NCBI GenBank assembly: GCA_964194995.1
Contig: CAXMPS010000054.1
Coordinates: forward strand, 1 to 40,203
Length of the DNA: 40,203 nucleotides
Source of the DNA: an uncultured Gammaproteobacteria bacterium
GTDB lineage: Bacteria > Actinomycetota > Acidimicrobiia > Spongiisociales > ZC4RG35
Direction: 5' to 3'
Every line of letters starts with the position of its first letter. Positions within the stretch are counted from its first letter, which is position 1. A model generated the notes under the pieces. It was not told where the DNA came from and did not search any database. It worked only from the letters and a program-made list of their open reading frames with translations. Both the position numbers and the translations under genes were made by a program. Of this stretch, positions 1-10,360 are shown in pieces.

Positions 1-319
1 AGAAGGCCAGGGCCGCGAAGTCGACCTCGACCTGCTCCTCGATGTGTCCGACGGCATCAGCATCGGGCTGGCTTGGCCACCAAAGATGACGACCATCTGC
101 CCGCTGGGGCCATCGGCGGTGTCCCCGGTGATCGCCCTACGGGACTACTTCCGGGACGAGGTCATGGAGCACGTCCGTCTCGGCCGGTGCCCTCTGGCGA
201 CAAGAAGCGAAGCGAAACGAGGTGGCCCGGAGGGCCGGAGAGGGAAAGGCCGAGAGGCCGAGAGGGGTCGTCCCTCCGAGGTGAGGGGTCGTCCCCCAGA
301 AGAAGCAGGCACGACATGA
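1..319 (+). CDS. nuoF: NADH-quinone oxidoreductase subunit F, 3' end only (5'-truncated by window)
   Basis: Frame open from base 2: EGQGREVDLDLLLDV...TTICPLG...EHVRLGRCP matches the NuoF C-terminus (last N3 Cys in TTICPLG); TGA overlaps the nuoG ATG (ATGA 316-319). Confidence 0.9.
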   Translation, partial: EGQGREVDLDLLLDVSDGISIGLAWPPKMTTICPLGPSAVSPVIALRDYFRDEVMEHVRLGRCPLATRSEAKRGGPEGRRGKGREAERGRPSEVRGRPPEEAGTT

Positions 320-2742
320 CCGAGTCGGTCCGCGTAACCATCGACGGTCAGGAGCGCGATGTCCCGGCAGGGGAGCTGATCATCCAGGCCGCCCAGGACA
401 AAGGGACCTATATCCCTCGCTTCTGCTGGCACGAGCGGATGAATCCGGTCGGTATGTGTCGGATGTGCCTCGTCGAGGTCGAGTCGCCCCGGGGCCCGAT
501 GCTGGTGACTGCATGCACCAACACGGTGGTCGACGGGATGAGCGTTGACACCAAGGGCCCTACGGTGAAGAAAGCGCAGGAAGCGATACTCGAGTTCCTG
601 CTGGCCAACCACCCGCTCGACTGCCCTGTCTGCGACAAGGGCGGGGAGTGTCCGCTTCAGGATCAGGCCATGTCACATGGTCCTGGTGATAGCCGGTTTG
701 TCGAGATCAAGCGGAACTACGAGAAGCCGATTCCCATTTCGGATCTGGTGCTTCTCGACCGGGAGCGGTGCATCCTCTGCGCCCGTTGCACCAGATTCTC
801 CGATGAGATCAGCGGCGACCCGTTGATCGAGTTTCAGGAGCGAGGCAACGAGACCGAGATCAACACCTTCCCCGACCTTCCCTTCTCTTCCTATTTCTCA
901 GGCAACACGGTGCAGATCTGTCCGGTCGGCGCACTCACGGCCAAGCCCTATCGATTCCGCGCCCGCCCCTGGGATCTGTCCCAGGTAGAGAGCTCGGGGA
1001 TGTTCGACACTTCCCATCCGAGAATCTCGATCCACTCCAGTCAGAACGAGATTCTTCGGATCGTGGGGGTCGACAACGACGCCACCAACCACGGCTGGCT
1101 GTCCGACAAGGACCGTTTCGGCTTCGAGTATCTCCGTTCTGATGATCGGCTCACGACGCCGCTGGTGAAAAGGGACGGTGAGCTGGTTGCGGTTGGTTGG
1201 GCCGAGGCCCTCGACATTGTGGCCAATCGCATTGATCTCATTTCGGAGGAGGACGGCGGTTCGGCATTTGGGGTGATCGGCGGCGCTAGAGGGACCAACG
1301 AGGATGCCTACGCCCTATCCAAATTCTCCCGAGTCACGCTCGGAACCAACAATGTCGATTGCCGGATGGACGACGCCCTATCGTCCCACTTCCTTGCTGG
1401 TTCGGTTGATCGGGCGCTCATCTCCGATCTCGATACCGCGGACACGATCCTGATCTGGGCGGCTGATCTCAAAGAAGAGCACCCCAACCTCTATCTAAGG
1501 GCCCGTCGGGCAGCCCAGGAATTGGGCGTCAAACTGATCATTGTTCACCCGCGCGCCACCGGTCTCGATGATCGGGCAACCCACAAGCTCCACTACCGAC
1601 CGGGAGGAGGATTTGCCCTCCTCGACGAGATCGCAGACGGCGTTCACCCGGAGGTAGCGAGTGCGCTTGCCGCGCAGAAGGTCGTCGTCATCGTCGGTCA
1701 GTCGTCATTCGCCGACGACCCGAAGCTTGCAGAGTCTGTAGCTGCACTGGTTCGGAGCAAGGCCGGCACGGTTCGAATCATGCCCATGGCGCGAAGGGCC
1801 AATACTTTTGGAGCATTGGACATGGGTCTCGGACCCGACCTCCTCCCGGGTCGGGTGAGTGTCGGTGCGATCGGCTGTGCCAACCTCGCTGAGGCTTGGG
1901 GCGAGTTCCCGACCTCGCCCGGTAAGGACACCAGGTTGATTCTCGAGGGACTGGACGACGGTGAAATCCGTTTTCTGCTTCTCGTGGGCGCCGACCCGGT
2001 GAACGATCTCCCGAATAGCAGCATTGCCCGGGATGCTCTCGAGGTGGCCGAGTACGTGGTCTCCATTGATCTATTCCTGAACGATTCGAACGCTGATGCT
2101 GATGTGATCCTCCCGGCGCTCGGCTTCGCTGAGAAAGAGGGCCTTGTTACCAACGTCGAGGGACGGGTTCAGAAGGTCAATGCGATCAGCCCGGGCCCGG
2201 GCCAGGCCCGCGCTGATTGGTCGATCATCGTCGACATCGCCGACCGGGTCGGCAGGCCTCTCGGCCTGGCATCAGCGGAGATTATCGCCAAGGAGATTGC
2301 CGAGGTTGCCCCTGCCTATGAGGGAGTGACCTGGGATCTGCTCGAATGGGACGAGCGCGATGGCGTGGTTGTCCCGATCCACGGAAGCCAGGAGATCAAC
2401 CACATTCCCGTGTCGCTGGCCGGTCCGCGGGCACCGGGCGCAGGCCTGACCCTGCACGTGGCGAGAACCCTCTACGACGACGGGGTGTTGATGAGGCACA
2501 GCCCCTCGCTGCACCGGCTTGCTCCCGGTCCGCTGGTCCATCTCAATCCGGAGGACGCCCGTCGGCTTGGCGCACAGGACGGTCGTCCAATGAGGGTCGT
2601 CACCAAACACGGCGAAGGGGACTTGGCGGCTGTCATCGATGAAGACACGCCTGAGGGTGTGGTGTTTGTCCCGTTCAACCAGCCCGGCGGGGTGTCACTC
2701 GGCACCGATCCGGTTGTCAGAGTCACTGCGGTGAGCGGATGA
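316..2742 (+). CDS. nuoG: NADH-quinone oxidoreductase subunit G
   Basis: PRFCWH, CRMCLVE, HPLDCPVCDKGGECPLQD and CILCARC Fe-S motifs plus C-terminal molybdopterin-fold domain. Start moved from 73 to ATG 316 (MTESVRVTIDG), coupled to nuoF. Confidence 0.96.
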   Translation: MTESVRVTIDGQERDVPAGELIIQAAQDKGTYIPRFCWHERMNPVGMCRMCLVEVESPRGPMLVTACTNTVVDGMSVDTKGPTVKKAQEAILEFLLANHPLDCPVCDKGGECPLQDQAMSHGPGDSRFVEIKRNYEKPIPISDLVLLDRERCILCARCTRFSDEISGDPLIEFQERGNETEINTFPDLPFSSYFSGNTVQICPVGALTAKPYRFRARPWDLSQVESSGMFDTSHPRISIHSSQNEILRIVGVDNDATNHGWLSDKDRFGFEYLRSDDRLTTPLVKRDGELVAVGWAEALDIVANRIDLISEEDGGSAFGVIGGARGTNEDAYALSKFSRVTLGTNNVDCRMDDALSSHFLAGSVDRALISDLDTADTILIWAADLKEEHPNLYLRARRAAQELGVKLIIVHPRATGLDDRATHKLHYRPGGGFALLDEIADGVHPEVASALAAQKVVVIVGQSSFADDPKLAESVAALVRSKAGTVRIMPMARRANTFGALDMGLGPDLLPGRVSVGAIGCANLAEAWGEFPTSPGKDTRLILEGLDDGEIRFLLLVGADPVNDLPNSSIARDALEVAEYVVSIDLFLNDSNADADVILPALGFAEKEGLVTNVEGRVQKVNAISPGPGQARADWSIIVDIADRVGRPLGLASAEIIAKEIAEVAPAYEGVTWDLLEWDERDGVVVPIHGSQEINHIPVSLAGPRAPGAGLTLHVARTLYDDGVLMRHSPSLHRLAPGPLVHLNPEDARRLGAQDGRPMRVVTKHGEGDLAAVIDEDTPEGVVFVPFNQPGGVSLGTDPVVRVTAVSG

Positions 2743-3845
2743 GCTGGCCGGAATTCTGGATCGTCGTCCTCAGGGTGGTTCTGACATTCGGGCTGCTTCT
2801 GGTGGTCACGATCCTCAATGTGTGGGCCGAGAGGAAGATCCTTGCCAAGATGCAGAGCCGGATCGGCCCGAGCCGCGCCGGCCCGTACGGGATCCTCCAG
2901 ACTCTTGCAGACGGCATGAAGCTCTTCTTCAAGGAGTCGATCACTCCGCGCAAGGTGGAGCTGGGCATGTACATCCTCGCCCCCTTCCTGGCTGTAATCC
3001 CTGCATTCCTCATCTTCATGATGGTTCCGTGGGGGCGTCCATTCACGATCGGAGGCCACGAAGTGGCCCTCCAAGGGACCGACTTGAATGTCGGGCTGCT
3101 CTTCATCCTGGCGATGTCATCGATGGCGGTGTATGCCGTTGTTCTCGCCGGTTGGTCATCTGGATCCAAGTATCCGCTGATCGGTGGAGTCCGGGCGACG
3201 GCGCAGGCGATTTCCTACGAGGCGGCGATGGGGCTTGCGATGGTGGCTGTGGTCATGTTCAGCGCGACTCAGGGCGATGGCGGCACCCTTTCCCTTGCCG
3301 AGATCGTCGAGAGACAGTCCGGGACCTGGGGTGATCTGTTCCCTGCCCTCCAACCCGTGCTCCAGTTCGTCCCACGATGGAATGTGTTCCCACAGATCGT
3401 GGCCTTCGTGATTTTCTTCATCGCCATCGTGGCCGAGACCAACCGCGCGCCGTTCGACCTCGTTGAAGCCGAACAGGAAATTGTCGGTGGATTCCACACC
3501 GAGTATTCGGGGATGAGATTCGCGATGTTCTTCCTGGCCGAGTACATCAACATCTTCTCGATGTCGGCCATCGCAGCGACACTTTTCCTGGGAGGGTGGA
3601 CCGGTCCGACGTTTGATGGCGTCCTCCCCGGGATCGTGTCGGCTGTTTTGCCCACGATCTACTTTCTGGCGAAGACCTACTTCCTGGTCTTCCTCTTCTT
3701 CTGGCTCAGGGCAACTCTGCCGCGTCTCAGGTACGACCAGTTGATGCAGCTTGGCTGGAAGCGGCTGATCCCCGGTGCCTTGGGATGGCTGATCGTTTCG
3801 ACGCTGGTTATCAGTTTCCGCCAATTCGGACCACCTTGGAGTTAG
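2739..3845 (+). CDS. nuoH: NADH-quinone oxidoreductase subunit H
   Basis: ERK...[46 protein letters not shown] motifs. Confidence 0.97.
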   Translation: MSWPEFWIVVLRVVLTFGLLLVVTILNVWAERKILAKMQSRIGPSRAGPYGILQTLADGMKLFFKESITPRKVELGMYILAPFLAVIPAFLIFMMVPWGRPFTIGGHEVALQGTDLNVGLLFILAMSSMAVYAVVLAGWSSGSKYPLIGGVRATAQAISYEAAMGLAMVAVVMFSATQGDGGTLSLAEIVERQSGTWGDLFPALQPVLQFVPRWNVFPQIVAFVIFFIAIVAETNRAPFDLVEAEQEIVGGFHTEYSGMRFAMFFLAEYINIFSMSAIAATLFLGGWTGPTFDGVLPGIVSAVLPTIYFLAKTYFLVFLFFWLRATLPRLRYDQLMQLGWKRLIPGALGWLIVSTLVISFRQFGPPWS

Positions 3846-3847
3846 TC

Positions 3848-4504
3848 GTGGGAGTATTGACAGAACTACTCAAAGGCCTCCGGGTCACCGGCCGAACCAT
3901 GATCGGGACCATCACAGGCTCGGAGCTGGTCACGACCAGATACCCCTCGGAGATGAGGGAGAAGCCGCAGCGATTTCATGGGCGCCACGTTCTCAATCGT
4001 TACCCCGACGGCATGGAGAAGTGCATCGGTTGTGAACTTTGCGCCGGTGCTTGCCCGGCCAAGTGCATCTATGTGCGCGGGCAGGACAACGATCCCGAGA
4101 ATCCCACCTCGCCCGGCGAACGCTTCGGCTTCGTGTACGAGATCAACATGCTGAGGTGCATCTTCTGCGCGTTGTGTGTGGAGGCCTGCCCGACCGAGGC
4201 CATCACCATGACTTCTCTCTTCGAGATGTCCTCGACGAATCGAGAAGATGCGATCTACACCAGGGAGACTCTGTTGATGGATCCTGTCGGCAAGGTTCCG
4301 CACATGTTCCCGGAAGACGAACTTGCCGATCTGGGGGAGCTTGATACCGCGGATGGTTGGCTCAAGGCGACTTCGCCATCAGGTGTTGCCGCCTATGAGG
4401 GCGTCGAGATGTGGAGGGGAACTCCAGGCCCGGCCAACTGGGACCCAGAACCTTCCCAGGATGTGCGCGACGAGCGGACATCGGAGGAGGACGCCGATGG
4501 TTGA
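3848..4504 (+). CDS. nuoI: NADH-quinone oxidoreductase subunit I
   Basis: [12 protein letters not shown] and [12 protein letters not shown] [4Fe-4S] motifs; start taken as GTG 3848 just after the nuoH stop. Confidence 0.95.
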   Translation: MGVLTELLKGLRVTGRTMIGTITGSELVTTRYPSEMREKPQRFHGRHVLNRYPDGMEKCIGCELCAGACPAKCIYVRGQDNDPENPTSPGERFGFVYEINMLRCIFCALCVEACPTEAITMTSLFEMSSTNREDAIYTRETLLMDPVGKVPHMFPEDELADLGELDTADGWLKATSPSGVAAYEGVEMWRGTPGPANWDPEPSQDVRDERTSEEDADG

Positions 4505-5018
4505 GGGAATCCTCTTCGTTCTCATGGCGATGACTGCCCTTGCCGGCGCCGTGACAGTGGTCGTCGCTAGAAACCCCGTGTATTCGGCGATGGGCCTGTT
4601 GGGGACTCTTTTCTCGGTGGCGGTTCTATATGTCGCCCAGCTCGCTCATTTTGTGGCCGCCGTTCAGGTGATCGTTTACGCCGGTGCGGTATTGACACTG
4701 TTTCTCTTCGTCATCATGTTCATAGGTGTTGACACGTCCGACGACAGAGACGAGCGACTCCCGAAACAGCGGTTCTGGGTCGGCATCATGGCTGGTGTCA
4801 TCGTTCTTCTCGCCGGCGGGATCACACTGGGTGGCAACTTCAATTGGGTGCCAGCCGCGATCGAAACCAATCCGGAGGCCACCAATGGGACGATTCAGGC
4901 CATTGCCGAGCCGCTCTTCACCGATTGGGTCCTGGCATTTGAGGCGACGGCGCTTCTATTGACGATCTCGGCCGCGGGTGCGATCGCCCTCGCCCACTTC
5001 AAGGGACAACGATCGTGA
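4497..5018 (+). CDS. nuoJ: NADH-quinone oxidoreductase subunit J
   Basis: NPVYSA and [18 protein letters not shown]; ATG 4497 preceded by GGAGGAGG. Confidence 0.95.
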   Translation: MVEGILFVLMAMTALAGAVTVVVARNPVYSAMGLLGTLFSVAVLYVAQLAHFVAAVQVIVYAGAVLTLFLFVIMFIGVDTSDDRDERLPKQRFWVGIMAGVIVLLAGGITLGGNFNWVPAAIETNPEATNGTIQAIAEPLFTDWVLAFEATALLLTISAAGAIALAHFKGQRS

Positions 5019-5320
5019 TTGTTGCCGCTGGGTACTACATGGCGCTCGCCGCCGCGCTCTTCGTGATTGGTGCGCTCGGGATGCTTCTTCGACGGAACGT
5101 CCTCGTCATGTTCATGTGCATCGAATTGATGCTCAACGCGGTCAACCTGACGCTGATCTCAGCCGGTCGGGCCCTCAACGATCTGAACGGTCAGGTAGCG
5201 GTCTTCTTCATCCTGGTGGTAGCCGCGGCTGAAGTAGTAGTGGGGTTGGCCATCATCGTTGCGATCTTCCGTCGACGCTCCACAGCGTCGATCGACGAGT
5301 TGAGCGACCTACGCGGATGA
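5015..5320 (+). CDS. nuoK: NADH-quinone oxidoreductase subunit K
   Basis: [15 protein letters not shown] and [11 protein letters not shown]. Confidence 0.97.
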   Translation: MIVAAGYYMALAAALFVIGALGMLLRRNVLVMFMCIELMLNAVNLTLISAGRALNDLNGQVAVFFILVVAAAEVVVGLAIIVAIFRRRSTASIDELSDLRG

Positions 5321-7200
5321 CCGACTTCCTGTGGTTGGTGATTGCCCTGCCGTTGGCTGGTGCGGTGCTGCTCCACTTCCTGGGGCGCTTTGTCGGGGAG
5401 CCACGGAGTGGCTGGCTGGCGTCCCTGGCAAGCACATCCGCGTTTGTCGTTGCTCTTGTCGCGGCTTGGCCGTTCATCCAAGGCGGCGAGCATTCCACCA
5501 CCGTGTTGTTGTGGGAATGGATGCCGGCCATCGGGGCCAACCTCGAACTGCTCTGGGATCCGCTTGCAGCGCTGATGGTCCTGGTCGTGACCGGTGTCGG
5601 ATCTCTGATCCATTTCTTTGCCATCGGATACATGCGTGGCGACGACCGCTTCCACCGATTCTTCACAAGCCTCAATTTGTTCATGGCTTCGATGCTGACG
5701 CTGGTCCTGGCCGGCAACTACGCCATGCTATTCCTGGGGTGGGAGTTGGTCGGTCTCAGTTCGTACCTGTTGATCGGTTTCTGGTTCACCCGCCCGTCTG
5801 CCGCGGCTGCCGCCAAGAAGGCCTTCATCGTCAACAGGATCGGCGACTTCGGGTTCATGATCGCCTTGATGCTGGTGTTCACTGCGTTCGGCACCCTTTC
5901 GTATGCCGGAATCTTTGAGAGAGCCGATGAGGTCTTGAGCGTCGGCATGGCGACGGCGATCGGGCTCCTGATGCTTGTCGGGGCAGCCGGAAAATCGGCC
6001 CAGGTCCCACTGTATGTCTGGCTGCCCGACGCAATGGAGGGCCCAACGCCTGTCTCGGCGCTGATCCATGCCGCCACCATGGTTACCGCGGGTGTCTATC
6101 TCATAGCTCGGTCGGGTGCGATCTTCGAGATCGCACCGATCGCGTCGACCACCGTGGCCACAGTTGGAGCCATCACCGCGCTCTGGGCGGCGACCATCGC
6201 CCTTGCCCAACGGGATATCAAGAAGGTTCTCGCTTACTCCACGATTTCGCAGCTGGGCTACATGTTTCTCGCCGTAGGCGCCGGTGCATATGTGGCGGGG
6301 GTCTTTCATCTGGTGACTCACGCGCTCTTCAAGGCGCTCCTGTTCCTGGGTGCGGGCTCGGTCATCCACGCGATGAGTGACGAGCAGGACATGCACAAGA
6401 TGGGTGGTCTCCTCAAGAAAATGCCGACCACCGCGATCACCATGGGCGTCGGGACTCTGGCGATTGCGGGGATACCGCCCCTTGCAGGATTCTGGTCGAA
6501 GGACGAGATCCTTGGTTCGGCGTTTGCTGACGGCGGATGGTTCTCGGCTCTTTGGATTGTCGGGCTGGTCACAGTTTTGATCACGGCTTTTTACATGGTC
6601 CGTCAGTGGGTCTTGGTTTTCCTTGGTGAGCCGCGATGGAGCCAGGACACGTCGCCGCATGAGTCTCCTCGGATAATGACCATCCCCCTCATCATCCTGG
6701 CCGGCTTGTCGGTGGTGGGGGGACTGCTGAACACACCCTTCGCGCTCGCCCTGGAACACTTCCTCGAGCCCAGCTTCGAGTACGTCACCCTCCAGAATCC
6801 CCCTGAGGGGCTGGCGATGTTTGCCGTGCTTGCGGGACTTTCCGTGATGGCCGGCCTTATCGGAGGCGGGTTGGGGTACGTCGCCTACAACCGGCCGAAA
6901 GAGAGATGGCTCGATTTCGAGGATGGTTTCGAGCCTCTCTGGGGCACCTGGGAGCAGGCGTACTGGGTGGACGATCTCTATGGTGCCGCCATCGTCGCTC
7001 CAGGCAAGAAGGCCGCTGAAGTGGCAGCTTTCGGAATCGACTTGCCCATAATCGACGGGGCCGTCAACGGTGTCGGCGCGGCTGTGCGTCGCATTGGCGA
7101 GCTGGCCCGTCCTCTTCAAACCGGGTACGTGCGCAACTACGGAGTCCTGTTCCTTGGGGGAACCTTGGTCGTCGTGATTTGGTTGGTAGCGGGATCGTGA
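5317..7200 (+). CDS. nuoL: NADH-quinone oxidoreductase subunit L
   Basis: [48 protein letters not shown]. Confidence 0.97.
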   Translation: MTDFLWLVIALPLAGAVLLHFLGRFVGEPRSGWLASLASTSAFVVALVAAWPFIQGGEHSTTVLLWEWMPAIGANLELLWDPLAALMVLVVTGVGSLIHFFAIGYMRGDDRFHRFFTSLNLFMASMLTLVLAGNYAMLFLGWELVGLSSYLLIGFWFTRPSAAAAAKKAFIVNRIGDFGFMIALMLVFTAFGTLSYAGIFERADEVLSVGMATAIGLLMLVGAAGKSAQVPLYVWLPDAMEGPTPVSALIHAATMVTAGVYLIARSGAIFEIAPIASTTVATVGAITALWAATIALAQRDIKKVLAYSTISQLGYMFLAVGAGAYVAGVFHLVTHALFKALLFLGAGSVIHAMSDEQDMHKMGGLLKKMPTTAITMGVGTLAIAGIPPLAGFWSKDEILGSAFADGGWFSALWIVGLVTVLITAFYMVRQWVLVFLGEPRWSQDTSPHESPRIMTIPLIILAGLSVVGGLLNTPFALALEHFLEPSFEYVTLQNPPEGLAMFAVLAGLSVMAGLIGGGLGYVAYNRPKERWLDFEDGFEPLWGTWEQAYWVDDLYGAAIVAPGKKAAEVAAFGIDLPIIDGAVNGVGAAVRRIGELARPLQTGYVRNYGVLFLGGTLVVVIWLVAGS

Positions 7201-7207
7201 GCTTCCA

Positions 7208-8737
7208 ATGCTGACCGCGCTGATCCTCCTTCCGGTTGCAGCGGCCGTCGTGATGATGGTGGTGCCGGGGCGTCGCAAAGAGCTTCACCTTCCTCTGGGG
7301 ATTGCCCTTTCCGTCCTGCCGCTGGCTCTTGCCGGGTACGTCTTCTGGATCTTTGAGCCGGCTCCAGGCTTTCAACTCGTCGAGTTGGTGTCGTGGTACG
7401 AGCCGTGGGGGATCAACTGGTTCCTGGGGATCGACGGGATCTCACTTCCGATGGTGGTCCTAACAACGTTCCTGGTGCCGATCGCCCTAGCTGCTTCGAC
7501 GTCGATCAAGACCAAGACGAAAGAGTTCGTGGTTTACACCCTCCTTCTCGAGGCGGGCATGATCGGCGTTTTCCTCGCCCTCGACCTTTTTCTGTTCTTT
7601 GTGTTCTTCGAAGCGATCTTGATTCCGATGTACTTCATCATCGGGATCTGGGGGGGCGAGCGGCGGGTCTACGCGGCCGTGAAGTTCTTCATATATACCG
7701 CCCTGGGGTCGGCGCTCATGTTGGGCGGGATCATCGCCTTGGCGGTCAGTTACTCATCACAGTTCGGCTCGCCTTCCTTTGCTCTAGGCGATCTGGCCAA
7801 CGTCGATCTGTCGCCTGGGTCGGCGAGGTGGCTGTTCGCCGCATTCGCCCTGGCATTTGCGATAAAGGTGCCACTGTTTCCTTTTCATACGTGGCTTCCC
7901 GACGCTCACGTGGAGGCCCCAACCGGAGGTTCGGTGCTGCTGGCCGGTGTGCTCCTGAAACTGGGAACGTACGGACTGCTGCGGTTCAATCTGACACTCT
8001 TCCCCGAGGCCTCCGTTGAGGCCGTGCCCATCATGGGGACCTTGGCCGTCGTCGGGATCATCTATGGGGCAGTGGTGTCCGTCGTCCAACCTGACCTGAA
8101 GAAACTCGTTGCCTACTCGTCGGTGAGCCATCTCGGCTTCATCGTCCTCGGGACTTTCGCCCTCACCTCAGGTGGTCTTCAGGGCGCGGTCATTCAGAAC
8201 GTGAACCACGGGCTGACAACGGGGGCGCTCTTCCTCCTGGTGGGCATGATCTACGAACGTCGTCATACCAAGAAGATCGAGGACTTTGGCGGCCTCCAGA
8301 AGGTCATGCCTATCTACGCCGGTTTCTTCCTGTTCATGATCTTCGCCTCGATCGGACTCCCGGGCCTCAATGGTTTCGTTGGCGAGTTTCTCATCCTCAT
8401 CGGCAGTTACACGACCTTGCCGTCCCTCGCAGTGGTCGCCGCGGGCGGCGTGATTCTCGCCGCCATCTACTTGCTGTGGGCATACGAGCGGGTGTTCACC
8501 GGGGTTCCCGAGAAAGAAGAGAACAAGGCACTGTCCGACCTGTCAGCCAGGGAAATCAGTTTGCTCGCGCCGATCGTGGCCCTGGTCCTTGTCCTTGGGC
8601 TCTTTCCCGGCGTACTGCTCGACAAGATTGCGCCGTCGACGGAAGCCGTTCTCGACTACATCGAAGATGAAACCGCATACGTGGTGCCCGAGCCGGGCCG
8701 ACTGGGCGATGTGTACGTGGCCGGGGAGGGCCGCTGA
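7208..8737 (+). CDS. nuoM: NADH-quinone oxidoreductase subunit M
   Basis: LGIDGIS, KVPLFPFHTWLPDAHVEAP, KLGTYG, GLPGLNGFVGEF. Confidence 0.97.
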   Translation: MLTALILLPVAAAVVMMVVPGRRKELHLPLGIALSVLPLALAGYVFWIFEPAPGFQLVELVSWYEPWGINWFLGIDGISLPMVVLTTFLVPIALAASTSIKTKTKEFVVYTLLLEAGMIGVFLALDLFLFFVFFEAILIPMYFIIGIWGGERRVYAAVKFFIYTALGSALMLGGIIALAVSYSSQFGSPSFALGDLANVDLSPGSARWLFAAFALAFAIKVPLFPFHTWLPDAHVEAPTGGSVLLAGVLLKLGTYGLLRFNLTLFPEASVEAVPIMGTLAVVGIIYGAVVSVVQPDLKKLVAYSSVSHLGFIVLGTFALTSGGLQGAVIQNVNHGLTTGALFLLVGMIYERRHTKKIEDFGGLQKVMPIYAGFFLFMIFASIGLPGLNGFVGEFLILIGSYTTLPSLAVVAAGGVILAAIYLLWAYERVFTGVPEKEENKALSDLSAREISLLAPIVALVLVLGLFPGVLLDKIAPSTEAVLDYIEDETAYVVPEPGRLGDVYVAGEGR

Positions 8738-10197
8738 TGATCACCCCACCTGAGATCTCTTGGATCGCGATTGCACCCGATCTGATTCTCGCTCTGGGGG
8801 CTGCAGTTGTTCTCCTTGTCGATGTCCAGTGGAAACCTGCCGTCCGTGTTCTCGGTATGGTGACGGGATTCTCCCTGGTCCTCGCTGTCGGGGCCACTCT
8901 GGTTCAGAAAATGGCCGCGGAGGATGCTGTGCTTGCGGCTGATCCGGGGTCGTTGGTTGCCTTCTCAGGAATGATCCTGATGGATGGGTTTGCCGTTTTC
9001 GCAAGATTCGCCTTGCTTGGCGCCACCGCTCTTGGTGTCCTCGCCGGTTGGCGCTACATCGAGGGCCTCGGGCGTCGCGGCGCCGAGGCGCTGGCCCTAA
9101 TCATGCTGGCTACCGCCGGCTTCTCGATCATGGTGGCTTCAAACAATCTGGTGATGATGTTCCTCGGACTCGAGGTGGGCTCCATCGCCCTCTACGTGCT
9201 GGCAGGGATGAGCAGGGAACGTCCCGAGTCGGATGAGGCGGCGATCAAGTACTTCCTCCTTGGTTCGTTTGCCTCTGCATTCTTCATATACGGCGTGGCT
9301 CTGATCTACGCCGGCACTGGACAGTTCGCCGTCCTGAACATCCGGGCCTTCTTCGACCAATTCGTAGTCACCAGCCCCGCAGTTGTTTACATCGGCATCG
9401 GTTTGGTCGTCGCCGGACTCGGGTTCAAGGTCTCAGCAGCGCCCTTCCACTCGTGGGCTCCCGACGTGTATCAGGGCGCTCCCGCAGGTGTGGTGGGGTA
9501 CATGGCTGCGGTCGCGAAGATTGCAGGGTTCGCTGCCATGGCGAGGATCCTGCTCACCGCTCTGGGTGACCTCGATAGCACCTGGCTCCCGATCGTGGCG
9601 GCGCTCGCCGCGCTCTCCATGCTCGTCGGGTCGACCTTCGCCCTGGTTCAGGGAGACGTCAGGAGAATGCTGGCCTACTCGGGTGTTGCACACGCCGGCT
9701 TCATCATGACCGGTGTGGTGGGTGGCGAAACGCAGGGCATTCTTTTCTATCTGGCCGTCTATGCGGTGCAGCTTCTGGGCGCGTTTGCCGTGGTGGTAGC
9801 TGTCAGTGGAGCTAGCGGAGCTCGTTCTTCCATTGATGACTATCGGGGTCTTGCGCGTCGAAGCCCCGGATTGGCGGGGTCTTTCGCTGTCCTGCTGCTG
9901 GGGATGGCGGGCTTGCCACTGACATCGGGATTCATCGCCAAGTTCGGTGTGTTTGCCGACGCTTGGAACAGCGGATATGAGTGGCTGGTTGTCGTGGCCG
10001 TCCTCGCATCCGTTATTGCGTTCGCTTTCTATTTGCGCATCATCGTCGCTATGTACATGGATGAGGCCGATGTCGAGGCACCGGCCCTGGTACCCACTGT
10101 TCGCTGGGTTGTCGGCCTCACCGTGGTGGCCACGATTGCCTGGGGGATCTTCCCGGGGTCGCTTCTCGATCTGGCTGCAAATGCGCTGCCGCTATAG
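8737..10197 (+). CDS. nuoN: NADH-quinone oxidoreductase subunit N
   Basis: EAAIKYFLLG, FKVSAAPFHSWAPDVYQGAP, RMLAYS, GLPLTSGFIAKF. Confidence 0.97.
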   Translation: MITPPEISWIAIAPDLILALGAAVVLLVDVQWKPAVRVLGMVTGFSLVLAVGATLVQKMAAEDAVLAADPGSLVAFSGMILMDGFAVFARFALLGATALGVLAGWRYIEGLGRRGAEALALIMLATAGFSIMVASNNLVMMFLGLEVGSIALYVLAGMSRERPESDEAAIKYFLLGSFASAFFIYGVALIYAGTGQFAVLNIRAFFDQFVVTSPAVVYIGIGLVVAGLGFKVSAAPFHSWAPDVYQGAPAGVVGYMAAVAKIAGFAAMARILLTALGDLDSTWLPIVAALAALSMLVGSTFALVQGDVRRMLAYSGVAHAGFIMTGVVGGETQGILFYLAVYAVQLLGAFAVVVAVSGASGARSSIDDYRGLARRSPGLAGSFAVLLLGMAGLPLTSGFIAKFGVFADAWNSGYEWLVVVAVLASVIAFAFYLRIIVAMYMDEADVEAPALVPTVRWVVGLTVVATIAWGIFPGSLLDLAANALPL

Positions 10198-10360
10198 GAG
10201 CCCGCTGAATAATGCATGCCACTCATTCCGACGACCCAGTTCATCGCCACTCGCGGTGTCCTCGGCGCCGCCATTCCGCCACAAGGAGTGGCGAAACCTC
10301 CTCCTTGCGAGTGACGCGCCTGGCCGCCGATCTGAGCAACGGCATCAATCAGCAGACTCC
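10197..10360 (+). mobile_element. MITE-like palindromic repeat, copy 1 (164 bp)
   Basis: Imperfect 19-bp terminal inverted repeats (GGAGCCCGCTGAATAATGC ... GCATCAATCAGCAGACTCC), TA on both sides; aligns end to end with 16368-16530 (reverse) and 33644-33806. Confidence 0.85.

Noticed and set aside
73-315. 81-aa N-terminal extension of NuoG in the ORF track
   Set aside because: Overlaps the nuoF frame; ATG 316 is coupled to the nuoF stop and matches normal NuoG starts.
5728-7278. 516-aa minus-strand ORF
   Set aside because: Antisense shadow of nuoL; expected from codon bias in GC-rich membrane-protein genes, with no motifs.
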